Shown in pieces: positions 29,079 through 38,192 of a DNA stretch of 38,288 nt. Source of the DNA: Verrucomicrobiota bacterium. Lineage in GTDB: Bacteria > Verrucomicrobiota > Verrucomicrobiia > Verrucomicrobiales > DEV007. Under the pieces are notes generated by a model. The model did not search any database, was not told the origin of the DNA, and worked only from the letters and a program-made list of their open reading frames with translations. Made by a program: the position numbers and the translations under genes. The stretch spans positions 1 through 38,288 of the forward strand of contig JASFYY010000120.1 in the NCBI GenBank assembly GCA_045046875.1, given 5' to 3'. Each line of letters opens with the position of its first letter. Positions within the stretch are counted from its first letter, which is position 1.

Positions 29079-29819
29079 ATGAAAACAAATTCTCCCTTCT
29101 CTGGGTCGACAGCTTCGCTCAGCCTGTTGTGCCTTTTCATGTTCACTCAACCAGTGTTTTCGCGTGAATTCACTTCCACAGACGGCAAAAAAATGGAAGC
29201 CAGCGTGGTCGCGGCACAGGGAAAAAACGTCGTTTTGAAGCGTGGCGCTAGACAGTACACCGTCCCCGTCAGCCGCTTCAGCCTCGATGATCAGAACTAC
29301 ATCAAAAAATGGTCGGAAGAAAAGCTGAAAAACATGATACCCAAGCTCAAGGTTGAGATCAATCCTGGCAAATCCAATCGCTCTGATAGAAAAGACTATT
29401 ACGATGACCGCAAAGGCTCATTCCAAGTTTCTGTTAATATCAGTAACGAAGAAATTCACTACATCCTTAATGGAGGAAAAGCATCCCTCTCTGTAATCGG
29501 AGAAGACTGTGATGATCCGAAAAAGTACGGGATCATGCAAAAATCTTCCTTCAAAGTTGATATCCAGCCCGGCAAGAATTCTGCCTGGAAGGGCGCTCGC
29601 CTGCATTTCAAATTTGATGACAGCCCTCCCTCCTACTGGGGCGTCAAATACTACGGTTTTGTCTTTCAAATCAAAAACGCCGACGGCAAAGTGATCCATG
29701 AATCCTCCAGCCAGAAAAAATTTACTGCCTATATTGATAAAATCCTCAAACTTGATGTGGAAGCTGGTTTTGACAAAGGTCTGAATAGCCGCAACAACAT
29801 CTATATTTATAAAAACTAA
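29079..29819 (+). CDS. Exported SHD1-like domain protein
   Basis: Signal peptide then REFTSTDGKKMEA...FSLDDQNYIKKW. Confidence 0.8.
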   Translation: MKTNSPFSGSTASLSLLCLFMFTQPVFSREFTSTDGKKMEASVVAAQGKNVVLKRGARQYTVPVSRFSLDDQNYIKKWSEEKLKNMIPKLKVEINPGKSNRSDRKDYYDDRKGSFQVSVNISNEEIHYILNGGKASLSVIGEDCDDPKKYGIMQKSSFKVDIQPGKNSAWKGARLHFKFDDSPPSYWGVKYYGFVFQIKNADGKVIHESSSQKKFTAYIDKILKLDVEAGFDKGLNSRNNIYIYKN

Positions 29820-29931
29820 AACCTTCTCATTCCTTCCACCCTTCACGGGAACAATATTTGCTCGTTTTATATGATGAAACGCATAGCCGGAAGCTTGTTT
29901 TTTGACCATGACAGGATTAACTTGTCCTATC

Positions 29932-31305
29932 ATGAAAACCCCAGTCACAATCATGCTCGTGGCGCTAATTATCGGAGGCTCATCCCTCAACGCCGCAGAA
30001 CTTCTGGTCCCAAAGGATCATCCCAAAATACAGGCAGCGATTGATGCCTCCCAATCCGGCGATACCATTCTTGTCGCTCCCGGACGCTACCTCGAAAGGA
30101 TTCAGCTGAAACCGGGCATCACCGTGCGCAGTCAGGGTTCAGACAAAAAAGGCAAACTTGGATTGGCTCGTGCCGAAGCTACGATCATTGATGGTGGCGG
30201 CGCGAGTGGGGATAAAGCCGGTGCCGAAATGGCAGAAGGAGCCGTGTTGGACGGGTTCACGGTGACCAATGTCGGTCTCTATGATGAAAAAAAATGGCAA
30301 CAGAGTTGGCAAGCAAAAGGATCCAATCAGTCACATGAGCACATTGGAGGTTTTGGAATCCCGGGCATCGCGGTCAGCGCAGTGAACTGCACCATCCTCA
30401 ACAACATCGTTCACCACATCGGCGACACCGGCATCGCCATCCGTGGGAAAAAAGGCCAGACTTGTTCGCCCAGGGTTTCTTATAACATTTGTTACCGAAA
30501 CATGGGCGGCGGCATCGGATCGATGAAAGGTTCAACCGCAAAAATAAGTCACAACACTTGTTTCGAAAATTTCTACGCCGGCATCGGCCATGACAATGCC
30601 AGTCCCACGGTGACTGATAATGAGTGTTATGAAAACATTCGCTCCGGCATCGGCGTTAGTGAAGGAGCTTGCCCAAAAGTGAGCAACAACCGCTGTTACC
30701 GCAACCGCCGCTCGGGCATCGGCATCCGCACCGGCTCGACTACCCAGCCGGTCATTGAAAACAACGAGTGTTACCAAAATGAAATGTCCGGCATCGGCAT
30801 CGACGAAGAAGCCGAACCCTCCATCCTCAACAATCACTGCCACCACAACCAGCTCACAGGCATTGGATGCCGCAACCACGCCAAGCCCCTCATCAAGGGC
30901 AACCTCTGTGAGAATAATCAAATGGTAGGTATCGCCATCAGCGGTGGATCCGATGCACGGGTGATCGACAATATTTGCAAAGAAAATAAACTACTCGCCT
31001 TGTCGCTACCGGGGAAAAGCAGCGCGATAATCAGCGGCAATACCTTCTCGCGCTCCAGCGGTATGCCGCCCATCATTGTCATCCCCCACGGTTCTACCGC
31101 AACCCTGACGGAAAACACCATCGAAGGCGGTGGCATCGCCGGCATTATGATTCAAGGCAAAGCCACGCTGACTAAAAACACCCTCAAGGGATCCAATGGC
31201 GGGTCGGGCATATGGATTCATAAAAGCGGCGAAGCCACGCTTTCCGGCAACCAAATCAGCGGTTACAAAACCGCTGTGAAAAATCAAGGCAAGGTCAGTA
31301 AATAA
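29932..31305 (+). CDS. Right-handed parallel beta-helix repeat protein (NosD/pectin-lyase-like)
   Basis: VPKDHPKIQAAID..GDTILVAPGRYLE cap; many P.I.NN.C..N..SGIG repeats. Confidence 0.9.
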   Translation: MKTPVTIMLVALIIGGSSLNAAELLVPKDHPKIQAAIDASQSGDTILVAPGRYLERIQLKPGITVRSQGSDKKGKLGLARAEATIIDGGGASGDKAGAEMAEGAVLDGFTVTNVGLYDEKKWQQSWQAKGSNQSHEHIGGFGIPGIAVSAVNCTILNNIVHHIGDTGIAIRGKKGQTCSPRVSYNICYRNMGGGIGSMKGSTAKISHNTCFENFYAGIGHDNASPTVTDNECYENIRSGIGVSEGACPKVSNNRCYRNRRSGIGIRTGSTTQPVIENNECYQNEMSGIGIDEEAEPSILNNHCHHNQLTGIGCRNHAKPLIKGNLCENNQMVGIAISGGSDARVIDNICKENKLLALSLPGKSSAIISGNTFSRSSGMPPIIVIPHGSTATLTENTIEGGGIAGIMIQGKATLTKNTLKGSNGGSGIWIHKSGEATLSGNQISGYKTAVKNQGKVSK

Positions 31306-31357
31306 TATTGGCAATACAAGAGGCCAAACAGCTATTAGGGTTGGTTTGCCTGCAGCC

Positions 31358-32359
31358 ATGCCTCTGATTCGCAACTCATCCTTCGCCCCTACGACCTTTT
31401 TCCGCCATGCCCACATGGACACGGTGCTGCCGTCAGCCTTGCGCAGGCTCAGTGCGCTGCCTGTGCAACGGATTCGCATTGACACCCCTGATCATGATTT
31501 CCTCGATCTCGATTATTACAACGATGGCCAATCCCACAAAGTCGCCATTCTTTCCCACGGGCTGGAAGGCAGCTCCAGCCAAGCCTACATTCTAGGCATG
31601 GCGAAAGCCCTCGCGGCCCAAGGCTGGGACAGCGTTGCGTGGAACTTCCGCGGCTGCAGTGGCGAGCCCAACCGCCTGCTGCGTTTTTATCACAGCGGTG
31701 CCACCGAAGATCTGCAAAGCATCGTCAACCACGTTTCAACAACACAACGTTATCAAAAAATAGCTCTCATCGGTTTCAGTCTTGGCGGCAATCTCACCCT
31801 GAAATACCTGGGAGATCTCGGTGACCAAATCAATCCCCGGATCTACAAAGCCGTCGCCTTTTCCGCCCCCTGCGACTTAAAATCCTGCGCCCATCTGCTG
31901 GCTCTTCCGGCCAACCGCTTTTACATGTGGCGTTTTATGCGCAGCCTGAAAACTAAAATGCGCGACAAAGCCAAGCGGTTCCCAGACAAACTCGATACCC
32001 ATGATCTGAATCAAATGCGCACCTTTGCAGAATTTGACGATCAATACACCGCTCCGCTTCATGGTTTCAATGGAGCTGTGGACTATTGGACGCGCTGCAG
32101 CAGCAAACCCGTGCTGAAGCATATCCACATCCCCACCCTACTGGTCAACGCCCGCAACGATCCTTTTCTTGCCTCCGAATGTTATCCGGAAAAAGAAGCC
32201 GCTGAACATCCCTATTTTCACTTTGAAGCACCTGATTATGGCGGCCACGTGGGATTCATGACTTCGCGCCCGAATGGAGAATACTGGTCAGAAACCCGAA
32301 CCCTCGAGTTTCTGAATAAAGCACAAACCCCCACTCCAAAAGAAAATGGAGCCAGCTAA
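31358..32359 (+). CDS. yheT: YheT-family alpha/beta hydrolase
   Basis: HGLEGSS, NFRGCSGEPN, GFSLGG nucleophile elbow, NARNDPF, GGHVGF. Confidence 0.88.
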   Translation: MPLIRNSSFAPTTFFRHAHMDTVLPSALRRLSALPVQRIRIDTPDHDFLDLDYYNDGQSHKVAILSHGLEGSSSQAYILGMAKALAAQGWDSVAWNFRGCSGEPNRLLRFYHSGATEDLQSIVNHVSTTQRYQKIALIGFSLGGNLTLKYLGDLGDQINPRIYKAVAFSAPCDLKSCAHLLALPANRFYMWRFMRSLKTKMRDKAKRFPDKLDTHDLNQMRTFAEFDDQYTAPLHGFNGAVDYWTRCSSKPVLKHIHIPTLLVNARNDPFLASECYPEKEAAEHPYFHFEAPDYGGHVGFMTSRPNGEYWSETRTLEFLNKAQTPTPKENGAS

Positions 32360-32391
32360 CGGGCTCGAACCGTTGACCTGCTGATTACAAA
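32343..32391 (-). repeat. Distal att site: displaced 3' part of tRNA-Thr
   Basis: 49-bp exact direct repeat of 38189-38237. Confidence 0.95.
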
Positions 32392-32534
32392 AAAGGAATT
32401 ATTGCCGCTGTGTGCAACTACCTGCATTCCCGTGCCAATCAAAATGCAAGGAACGGCACTGAGTTGCACCTGTGTGCAATTTTGGAGGCGGCAAAAGGCA
32501 CCGAGATGCATGGAGCAAGCTTTGACAAATAAGC

Positions 32535-34061
32535 TCAATCTGCAGAATTCACGACTTCTTTCGAAATATTATTCAAAATAGAAATTACTTCACTAGCACT
32601 CTTTTCGAACTCACTCTTTGCTCTCTTATCATCATCCCCAATCCAAGCCATTACCTTTTCTAGCAGTAGTTTCTTAGATTTTCGTTTTTTTTGCTTGTCT
32701 GATATCTCTAACACTTCGACCACTTCATTTTCGAAAGCGCTTGGGTAATACCTCTCAAAATCATGTTCTCCCAATTGGAGAAAGTTTTCTTCGCACCAAC
32801 TGCTGTTCTTGTAGGTTTCTTTTAGTCTCTCAATGACCTTTCCCTCATCATCTCCGCCATCAATCAATACCCATGCCTTATTGCGATAAGTAGGTTCCAG
32901 ATGAAGGAACACAAATAGGCTATTAAAACTATTAAACCGCTTCTCTACTTGGCTCAACCCGTCAGCGGAATAGGTTCTAATAAGTCCTGAAAGCTCTGGG
33001 CAAAACCAACGGAGCAGGTGATCTCGTATAATACGCTCTGCCGAAGATTCTTCTAAAAAAAGCCATGCTTTCCAGAGACCATAGTCTTCTACTGAATGCC
33101 CCAATCGCTCTAAGCAATCCTGTCTATCTTCAGGCGTTTGAAGCTTTATGACACTAGAAGTAGGAACACCCCGCTCGCTGTCTTTTATCTCATTGGAAAC
33201 TTCGTAAATCTCAGCTTTCTCAACTCCACCAAGCTTTTTCAGAACGATGTTAGAATGCGTGGTCAAGAAAAATTGATTATCAGCACTCTTCTCGATAATT
33301 AGATCAAGAAGCTTCTTTAACGCAGTAGGGTGCAAGTCATTTTCTATTTCCTCTATCACGAAAACTTTTTCTTTCGCAATACATAAATCTATCAAAAGCC
33401 CAATAATATGAGGTACTCCATCCCCCATTGAATCAATAGGAATTAAATTGGTTCCATCAATTCGATATGCAATCTGCTTGCCCTGCTTTCCAGGGATTCC
33501 TATTGTAGAGACCTTAAATCCTAGAATGTTTTTTACATGACCATTGAATTCTTCGAACCCATCGAACCCGCTATTCAAGAAGTCAAATTTACCAGGTAGA
33601 TTCTGGAAATTACCTGTAATTTTTATGTGAGAATCTCCGCCAGTCGTAGGCTCCATTTTCAAAATGTTCCTCCTCGAGAAAATGGGGAAAATTGCGTTTT
33701 CTGGATACTTCTGCCGATATGCAGAGGCATCTCTTCGATCTACACCAGAATCGCCAAAATTGAATATACTTCTTCCCCCTGCATCATAAATTTGTGAAAT
33801 ATAACTATAGTCGTCATCACTATTGGTAAAATCTGATCTTTTACTTTCGCTAATAAAATGATCTATAGTTATTTGCGCATTCCCGCTCCTTATATCGCGC
33901 TTATCTAAAACCTCAGGCATTTGGGGCGCATATATTGCCCTAATGATTGTAGATTTACCGCTGTTGTTATCACCAGTAAAAACGTTTATCGGTCCGAAAC
34001 CCTGAAGCTCTAAATTTTCATAGCACTTAAAACCTCTTATTCCTATACCTTCGATTTTCAT
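32535..34061 (-). CDS. OLD-like ABC ATPase fused to TOPRIM-like domain (putative anti-phage nuclease)
   Basis: Walker A GDNNSGKS, signature-like MGDG, Walker B/D-loop IEEIENDLHP, H-loop LTTHS; C-terminal LFLEESSAE, VLIDGGDD, DFERYY. Confidence 0.78.
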   Translation of the reverse strand: MKIEGIGIRGFKCYENLELQGFGPINVFTGDNNSGKSTIIRAIYAPQMPEVLDKRDIRSGNAQITIDHFISESKRSDFTNSDDDYSYISQIYDAGGRSIFNFGDSGVDRRDASAYRQKYPENAIFPIFSRRNILKMEPTTGGDSHIKITGNFQNLPGKFDFLNSGFDGFEEFNGHVKNILGFKVSTIGIPGKQGKQIAYRIDGTNLIPIDSMGDGVPHIIGLLIDLCIAKEKVFVIEEIENDLHPTALKKLLDLIIEKSADNQFFLTTHSNIVLKKLGGVEKAEIYEVSNEIKDSERGVPTSSVIKLQTPEDRQDCLERLGHSVEDYGLWKAWLFLEESSAERIIRDHLLRWFCPELSGLIRTYSADGLSQVEKRFNSFNSLFVFLHLEPTYRNKAWVLIDGGDDEGKVIERLKETYKNSSWCEENFLQLGEHDFERYYPSAFENEVVEVLEISDKQKKRKSKKLLLEKVMAWIGDDDKRAKSEFEKSASEVISILNNISKEVVNSAD

Positions 34062-34099
34062 GGAAAATGTTTACTAAGTGATAATTTTGAAGTCGATAA

Positions 34100-34192
34100 T
34101 CATACAACAATTCCTTCAATCTGTTTTTGAAGACGACTAATCGTTGCCGGATGAACATTGAACACCTTAGCCGCTTTTTTGCCGGCTTCTCC
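34100..34192 (-). pseudogene. 3' remnant (HTH end) of a second serine resolvase
   Basis: Translates GEAGKKAAKVFNVHPATISRLQKQIEGIVV*, collinear with GEVGSVVAKIFNVHPATICRLKRRIEGIAV* of the resolvase at 35528. Confidence 0.85.
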
Positions 34193-34193
34193 G

Positions 34194-34253
34194 AAAAAAG
34201 GTTTAGCTACCACTAAACGCGATTACTTGCATTCTAGGAGCAGTCAAAATGCA
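34194..34253. repeat. Internal diverged copy of the islet end
   Basis: Ungapped 40/60 match to 32389-32448, including TGCATTC-N9-TCAAAATGCA. Confidence 0.7.
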
Positions 34254-34371
34254 GTAACCTCCAAATTTGAAATTCTCATATTGACTGCGGAATTAGACAA
34301 TACTATCAACGGGAGTAAGTCTGCTTTCAACCCAAGGAGTCTCCCATGCGATCTAATGCTGCAAGCAATTT

Positions 34372-35505
34372 TCAACTATTTAAACGATCGAATAGGCGAC
34401 TTATAGGACTAGGATTAATCCGTCGGTGGGCCTCCGTTGCTACGCGAACAGCCAGAATAAACAGGTGAGAGTCCGCGAAATAGTTCGGATACGCCTCTCT
34501 TACACCTCCCATCGCATCAGTAGAAACCAGTGCCACAATAACGCCCTCAGAATTAACAGTCCTCAACTCTGCCTTCAAGTATTCTTCCTTAGCCTTGGAA
34601 AAGTCGCCAATCTCAAAGTACTTTTCTGCAACAGTTTTCTCATTTAGGTCTATTGTTAGAAGAACAAAACCTTCAATGTTCTGGTTTTCAATTCGATCTC
34701 CAGCAATACTTAACGAATTAGTGTAACCCTCAAATTTCACTACTACATCAAGCTTTTTGCTTAGCAAATACATCTCCCTGATCTTCTCCTTAAGCGCCTT
34801 TCCTTGACTTGAGGATTTCTTCACGATTCTATCAGTAAGACCAGAAACAATTCGACTCGAATTCGCACCAGAAAGCACTGCAATTTGTTCGATTTCCTCA
34901 AATATATCCCCTGCGACTTTGAAAAACTTTTTCCACTGTTCGTCGCCACGATCCATCTTAAGTGCTTCACTATTGAAGAGGTCGTAAATCTCAACAGCAG
35001 TAGCCCAAGAATGCTGTAGAGCTGTTCGCACCTGAAGCTCAATATCATACTGCCTATCTTCAATTCCCGAAAATTTGCCAATAAGATGCGTGCTTCTGTA
35101 GCCATCAAATTTAGCGGTATCCATGTAATCGTTTCTTATTCTAATGTCATCATGTCGAGTCAGGCCACGGATTAGCTTTCTCGCTCGTTTTTTACTGGAA
35201 AGAATGGCTCGGCACCCGCCAATGTCTTGCATTCGCTTCAACTGCATACCCTTCTCACGCTTCAACTTATCAATGATCGATGTTGCCCTCTTCAACCGCT
35301 TGGCACAGAATGCTTTTCTGTCATGGGTTGCGGCAATTTTAATCAAAAGACTATATGCTTTTTCCAAAGGCTCCTCATGACAACCTCTCCAATAGGAAAG
35401 TGCCTCCATTGATTTTTAATAGCCCGTTGGGTCGGTCTTAGCGATGTCCGGAAGGAGCAGCTTTTTGCCTGACCTCGTTACTTCTGCTTTTGAATACTCT
35501 GACAT
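34372..35505 (-). pseudogene. capRel: Fused CapRel-like RelA/SpoT small alarmone synthetase toxin-antitoxin with premature TAA at codon 30
   Basis: MSEYSKAEVTRSGKKL...GY*KSMEALSYWR in one frame; RLKR, MQDIGGCR, GYRSTH, ELQVRTALQHSWA; C-terminal AYPNYFAD. Confidence 0.78.
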
Positions 35506-35527
35506 CCTTCTTGTCGCAATATAGCGT

Positions 35528-36091
35528 CTATACAGCAATACCTTCAATCCGTCTTTTTAGTCTGCAAATGGTTGCAGGATGAACGTTGAATATTTTGGCA
35601 ACTACTGAACCTACTTCTCCAGCCTTGAGCATTTCCGAGGCTTTGTTCTTCTGGTCTTCGTTCATTTTACTCCTACGTCCCAACTGCACTCCATTGGCTT
35701 TAGCTCTTTTTATCCCTGCTTTGGTTCTGGATACAATCATTTTCCGCTCAAATTCAGCAAAAGCACCTACCATTTGCATCATCATTCTTCCTGCTGGGGT
35801 GGTTGTGTCGATTGATTCAGTAAGTGAAACGAATCCAACTCCGATATTGTCCAATCTTTCAATAATTGTGAGCAAGTCTCGAAAACTACGTGAAAGGCGG
35901 TCTAATTTCCATACGATCAATACATCTCCTTTCCTGAAGTGTTCCAGCATCTTTTGGAGTTCTGGTCAGTCGAACCTGCCCCCTGATGCTTTTTCTTCAT
36001 ATATTTCCTCAATTCCTGCTTTTTGAAGGGCTTCAATTTGCAAAGCAGAGTCTTGATCTTGAGTGCTGACTCTTGCGTATCCGATTTTCAT
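35528..36091 (-). pseudogene. Serine resolvase/invertase (Hin/Pin-like) with in-frame TGA
   Basis: MKIGYARVSTQDQ, EKASGGRFD*PEL (TGA 35966-35968 where Arg is expected), VWKLDRLSRS, FAEFER, C-terminal HTH. Confidence 0.9.
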
Positions 36092-36100
36092 GCCATCAAT

Positions 36101-36194
36101 ATTGCATACACCCATTGCAACTATATTACGCAATCGTAGGGATGCGAGTTGGAGAGGTTCCGAGGGGGATTGCAAAGCTTGAGGTTTTTGCAAT
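36101..36194. promoter_or_regulatory. Candidate res site / resolvase operator
   Basis: Inverted repeat ATTGCAAA-N10-TTTGCAAT (36169-36194) and TTGCA...TGCAA (36102-36120) directly upstream of the resolvase. Confidence 0.45.
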
Positions 36195-36244
36195 TCACGA
36201 TTCGATTGAAATGTCTTGTCTCGAAAAGGTATTCAATTACTCAC

Positions 36245-38116
36245 TCAAGGTTGCTCCTCTATAAACGGCACAGTGATATTCGCCTTACCTAATAGGTAGA
36301 GTGTCGTCTTTCGTATTTGGTCGCGAGGAGTGATAATCCCAACAGCAGGTATTCGTATAAGAGTAATTCCGTTCTCGATGCAACGCTTGCGCTTCAAACG
36401 GTCATTTATCAAAAGCCTTTGAAATGCTTTGCGGGATTTTTCCTCAGACATTCCTCCAAAACCAATTGGTTTATAGTGTTGCATCCCTTGATGCTCGAAA
36501 GCTAGACCCAGTTTTTCGCAAAATCCGTCGAGCTCCAACCTCGCGCCCTTGTCTGATACAATCCAATCAGGACGCACAGACGGAAACGGAAGCCCGAATA
36601 TGTCCTCTAAAATCATTCGACAAGCATTCTCGCTTATATTTCCCTTCCCGCACACAGGGCACCATTGTCCTCGCGACACTGTATCAGGGACAGCCTTCCA
36701 ACGGTGCCCCTCAGAGCATTCCCATTCTAATTTAGTGCGCGCATTAACATAAACGTCAGATAGGCATTTCCCTCCGACTTGTTCTGCAAGACTCTGCATA
36801 GTCTCAATGGACAATTTTAGGGAATTGTCCTTACAAATCTTACACCACTGCCCACTCTTAACACCTCCCGGTCGAGCTCTCCACCTGTGACCTTCAGCAC
36901 ACTCCCACTCCAGCTTTGCCTGCAAGTCAGCATACGTATCAGACAGACACTTCCCGCCTCTACTGATTGCGATCGACTGCATCTCCTCTATAGTCAATCT
37001 CCGGTCATCCCCTCGCCTTTTGGATGAGCATTGAGGGCACCAGCGACCGTATTTAATATTATGGTAAGTAGAATTCCATCTATGCCCTTTTTCACACTCC
37101 CACTTTATCAATTCTCGAGCATTGGAAATTTTCTGGGCCAGACACACTCCTCCTCTTTTAGCCGCCAAATCCCGTAGTTCCTCGATTTCGGTCACTTTCC
37201 TCGCGCACTTCGGACACCACGTCCCCCTCTTTACGTTTGATGGTGCAGCCTCCCACTCGTGTCCTATTGAGCATTTCCATTTTAATTTTACGTCAATACC
37301 AGCATATTCATCAGAGAGACACTTCCCGTTTCTTTCCTCCGCAATGGATCGTAGCTGAGTAATTGAAACCCTCGGCTTCCTTTGCCCTTTGTGACAAACT
37401 GGACACCAATTTTCCTTGTTACGCCTTACTGCCCTCAAACTGTCCTCCCACTGGTGCCCCTTTTTACATTCCCATTTCAGTTTCGAAGAACTTCCTGAGA
37501 AAACAGTTGATAGACACCTACCTCCCTTTCCCATCGCTAAGGCTTGCATTTCTTCTATTAAAATTCTTCTTTTACTCTTGCTACAAGAAGGACACCATGA
37601 ACCTCGACGTATAGAGTTAGGAGTTGCCTTCCATTTGTGTCCTTTGGCGCACTCCCACTCCAGCTTTGTGTGGGCACCCATGTATCTCCCTGATAGGCAT
37701 TTCCCTCCCTTCTTAGCCGCCAAAGATTTTACTTCATCGACCGTTTTCCTCTTAAGTCCTGAACATTCGGGGCACCAACTCCCTTGAGTAATAGAACTGG
37801 GGGACGCACACCATTTGTGCCCCTTCCTACACTCCCATTTCAGATTGGAGTTCGCCCCTCTATAGATTGTGGATATGCACCTGCCCCCACGGGTCTCAGC
37901 CATAGCCGAAACATCCTTTATAGTCTGCTTACGACGCTTTGCACACACAGGGCACCAACCGCTTTTCTTTACATTGCTTGGCATCGCTTTCCACCGATGC
38001 CCCTTGGCGCACTCCCATTCCAGATGAGTCGAAGCGTTGACGTAGACGGCCGACAAGCACTTGCCATTCCTCTCAGCGGCTATTTCGCGCATCTCCTCTA
38101 TGGTCAACTTTTTCAC
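36245..38116 (-). CDS. Eight tandem zinc-ribbon repeats fused to a Vsr/PD-(D/E)XK-like endonuclease domain
   Basis: 8 x ~60-aa units GxC(L/I)(S/A)...W.C..GH.W...WC..C; C-terminal SE...LELDGF...AFEHQGMQHY...DRLKRKRC..NGITLIRIP. Confidence 0.85.
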   Translation of the reverse strand: MKKLTIEEMREIAAERNGKCLSAVYVNASTHLEWECAKGHRWKAMPSNVKKSGWCPVCAKRRKQTIKDVSAMAETRGGRCISTIYRGANSNLKWECRKGHKWCASPSSITQGSWCPECSGLKRKTVDEVKSLAAKKGGKCLSGRYMGAHTKLEWECAKGHKWKATPNSIRRGSWCPSCSKSKRRILIEEMQALAMGKGGRCLSTVFSGSSSKLKWECKKGHQWEDSLRAVRRNKENWCPVCHKGQRKPRVSITQLRSIAEERNGKCLSDEYAGIDVKLKWKCSIGHEWEAAPSNVKRGTWCPKCARKVTEIEELRDLAAKRGGVCLAQKISNARELIKWECEKGHRWNSTYHNIKYGRWCPQCSSKRRGDDRRLTIEEMQSIAISRGGKCLSDTYADLQAKLEWECAEGHRWRARPGGVKSGQWCKICKDNSLKLSIETMQSLAEQVGGKCLSDVYVNARTKLEWECSEGHRWKAVPDTVSRGQWCPVCGKGNISENACRMILEDIFGLPFPSVRPDWIVSDKGARLELDGFCEKLGLAFEHQGMQHYKPIGFGGMSEEKSRKAFQRLLINDRLKRKRCIENGITLIRIPAVGIITPRDQIRKTTLYLLGKANITVPFIEEQP

Positions 38117-38192
38117 CTAATCTTTCGGGGTCAGTCAACAAATCTTGATTAATGCCTCCTCGAACCACGGGCATAACAGCTCCAAAATAAAA

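Noticed and set aside
1542..31485. Long antisense or overlapping ORFs (e.g. 1542-2336, 4995-5525, 8439-9023, 19076-19672, 29418-29990)
   Set aside because: They are shadows of well-supported genes on the opposite strand and lack motifs.
32343..32391. Second tRNA-Thr gene
   Set aside because: Only the 3' 45 nt are present; the D-arm and 5' acceptor strand are missing.
32535..34061. Gabija, PARIS or retron system
   Set aside because: No helicase, separate AriB-type partner or reverse transcriptase in the islet.
34158..34406. 82-aa + strand ORF as an antitoxin
   Set aside because: It starts at TTG, has no recognisable motif, and overlaps the resolvase remnant and element-end copy, which explain the region better.
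12882..35968. Stop-codon recoding suggested by several in-frame TGAs (12882, 20515, 35966)
   Set aside because: Intact genes such as alr end at TGA at the expected length, the implied residues differ between sites, and the capRel lesion is TAA.
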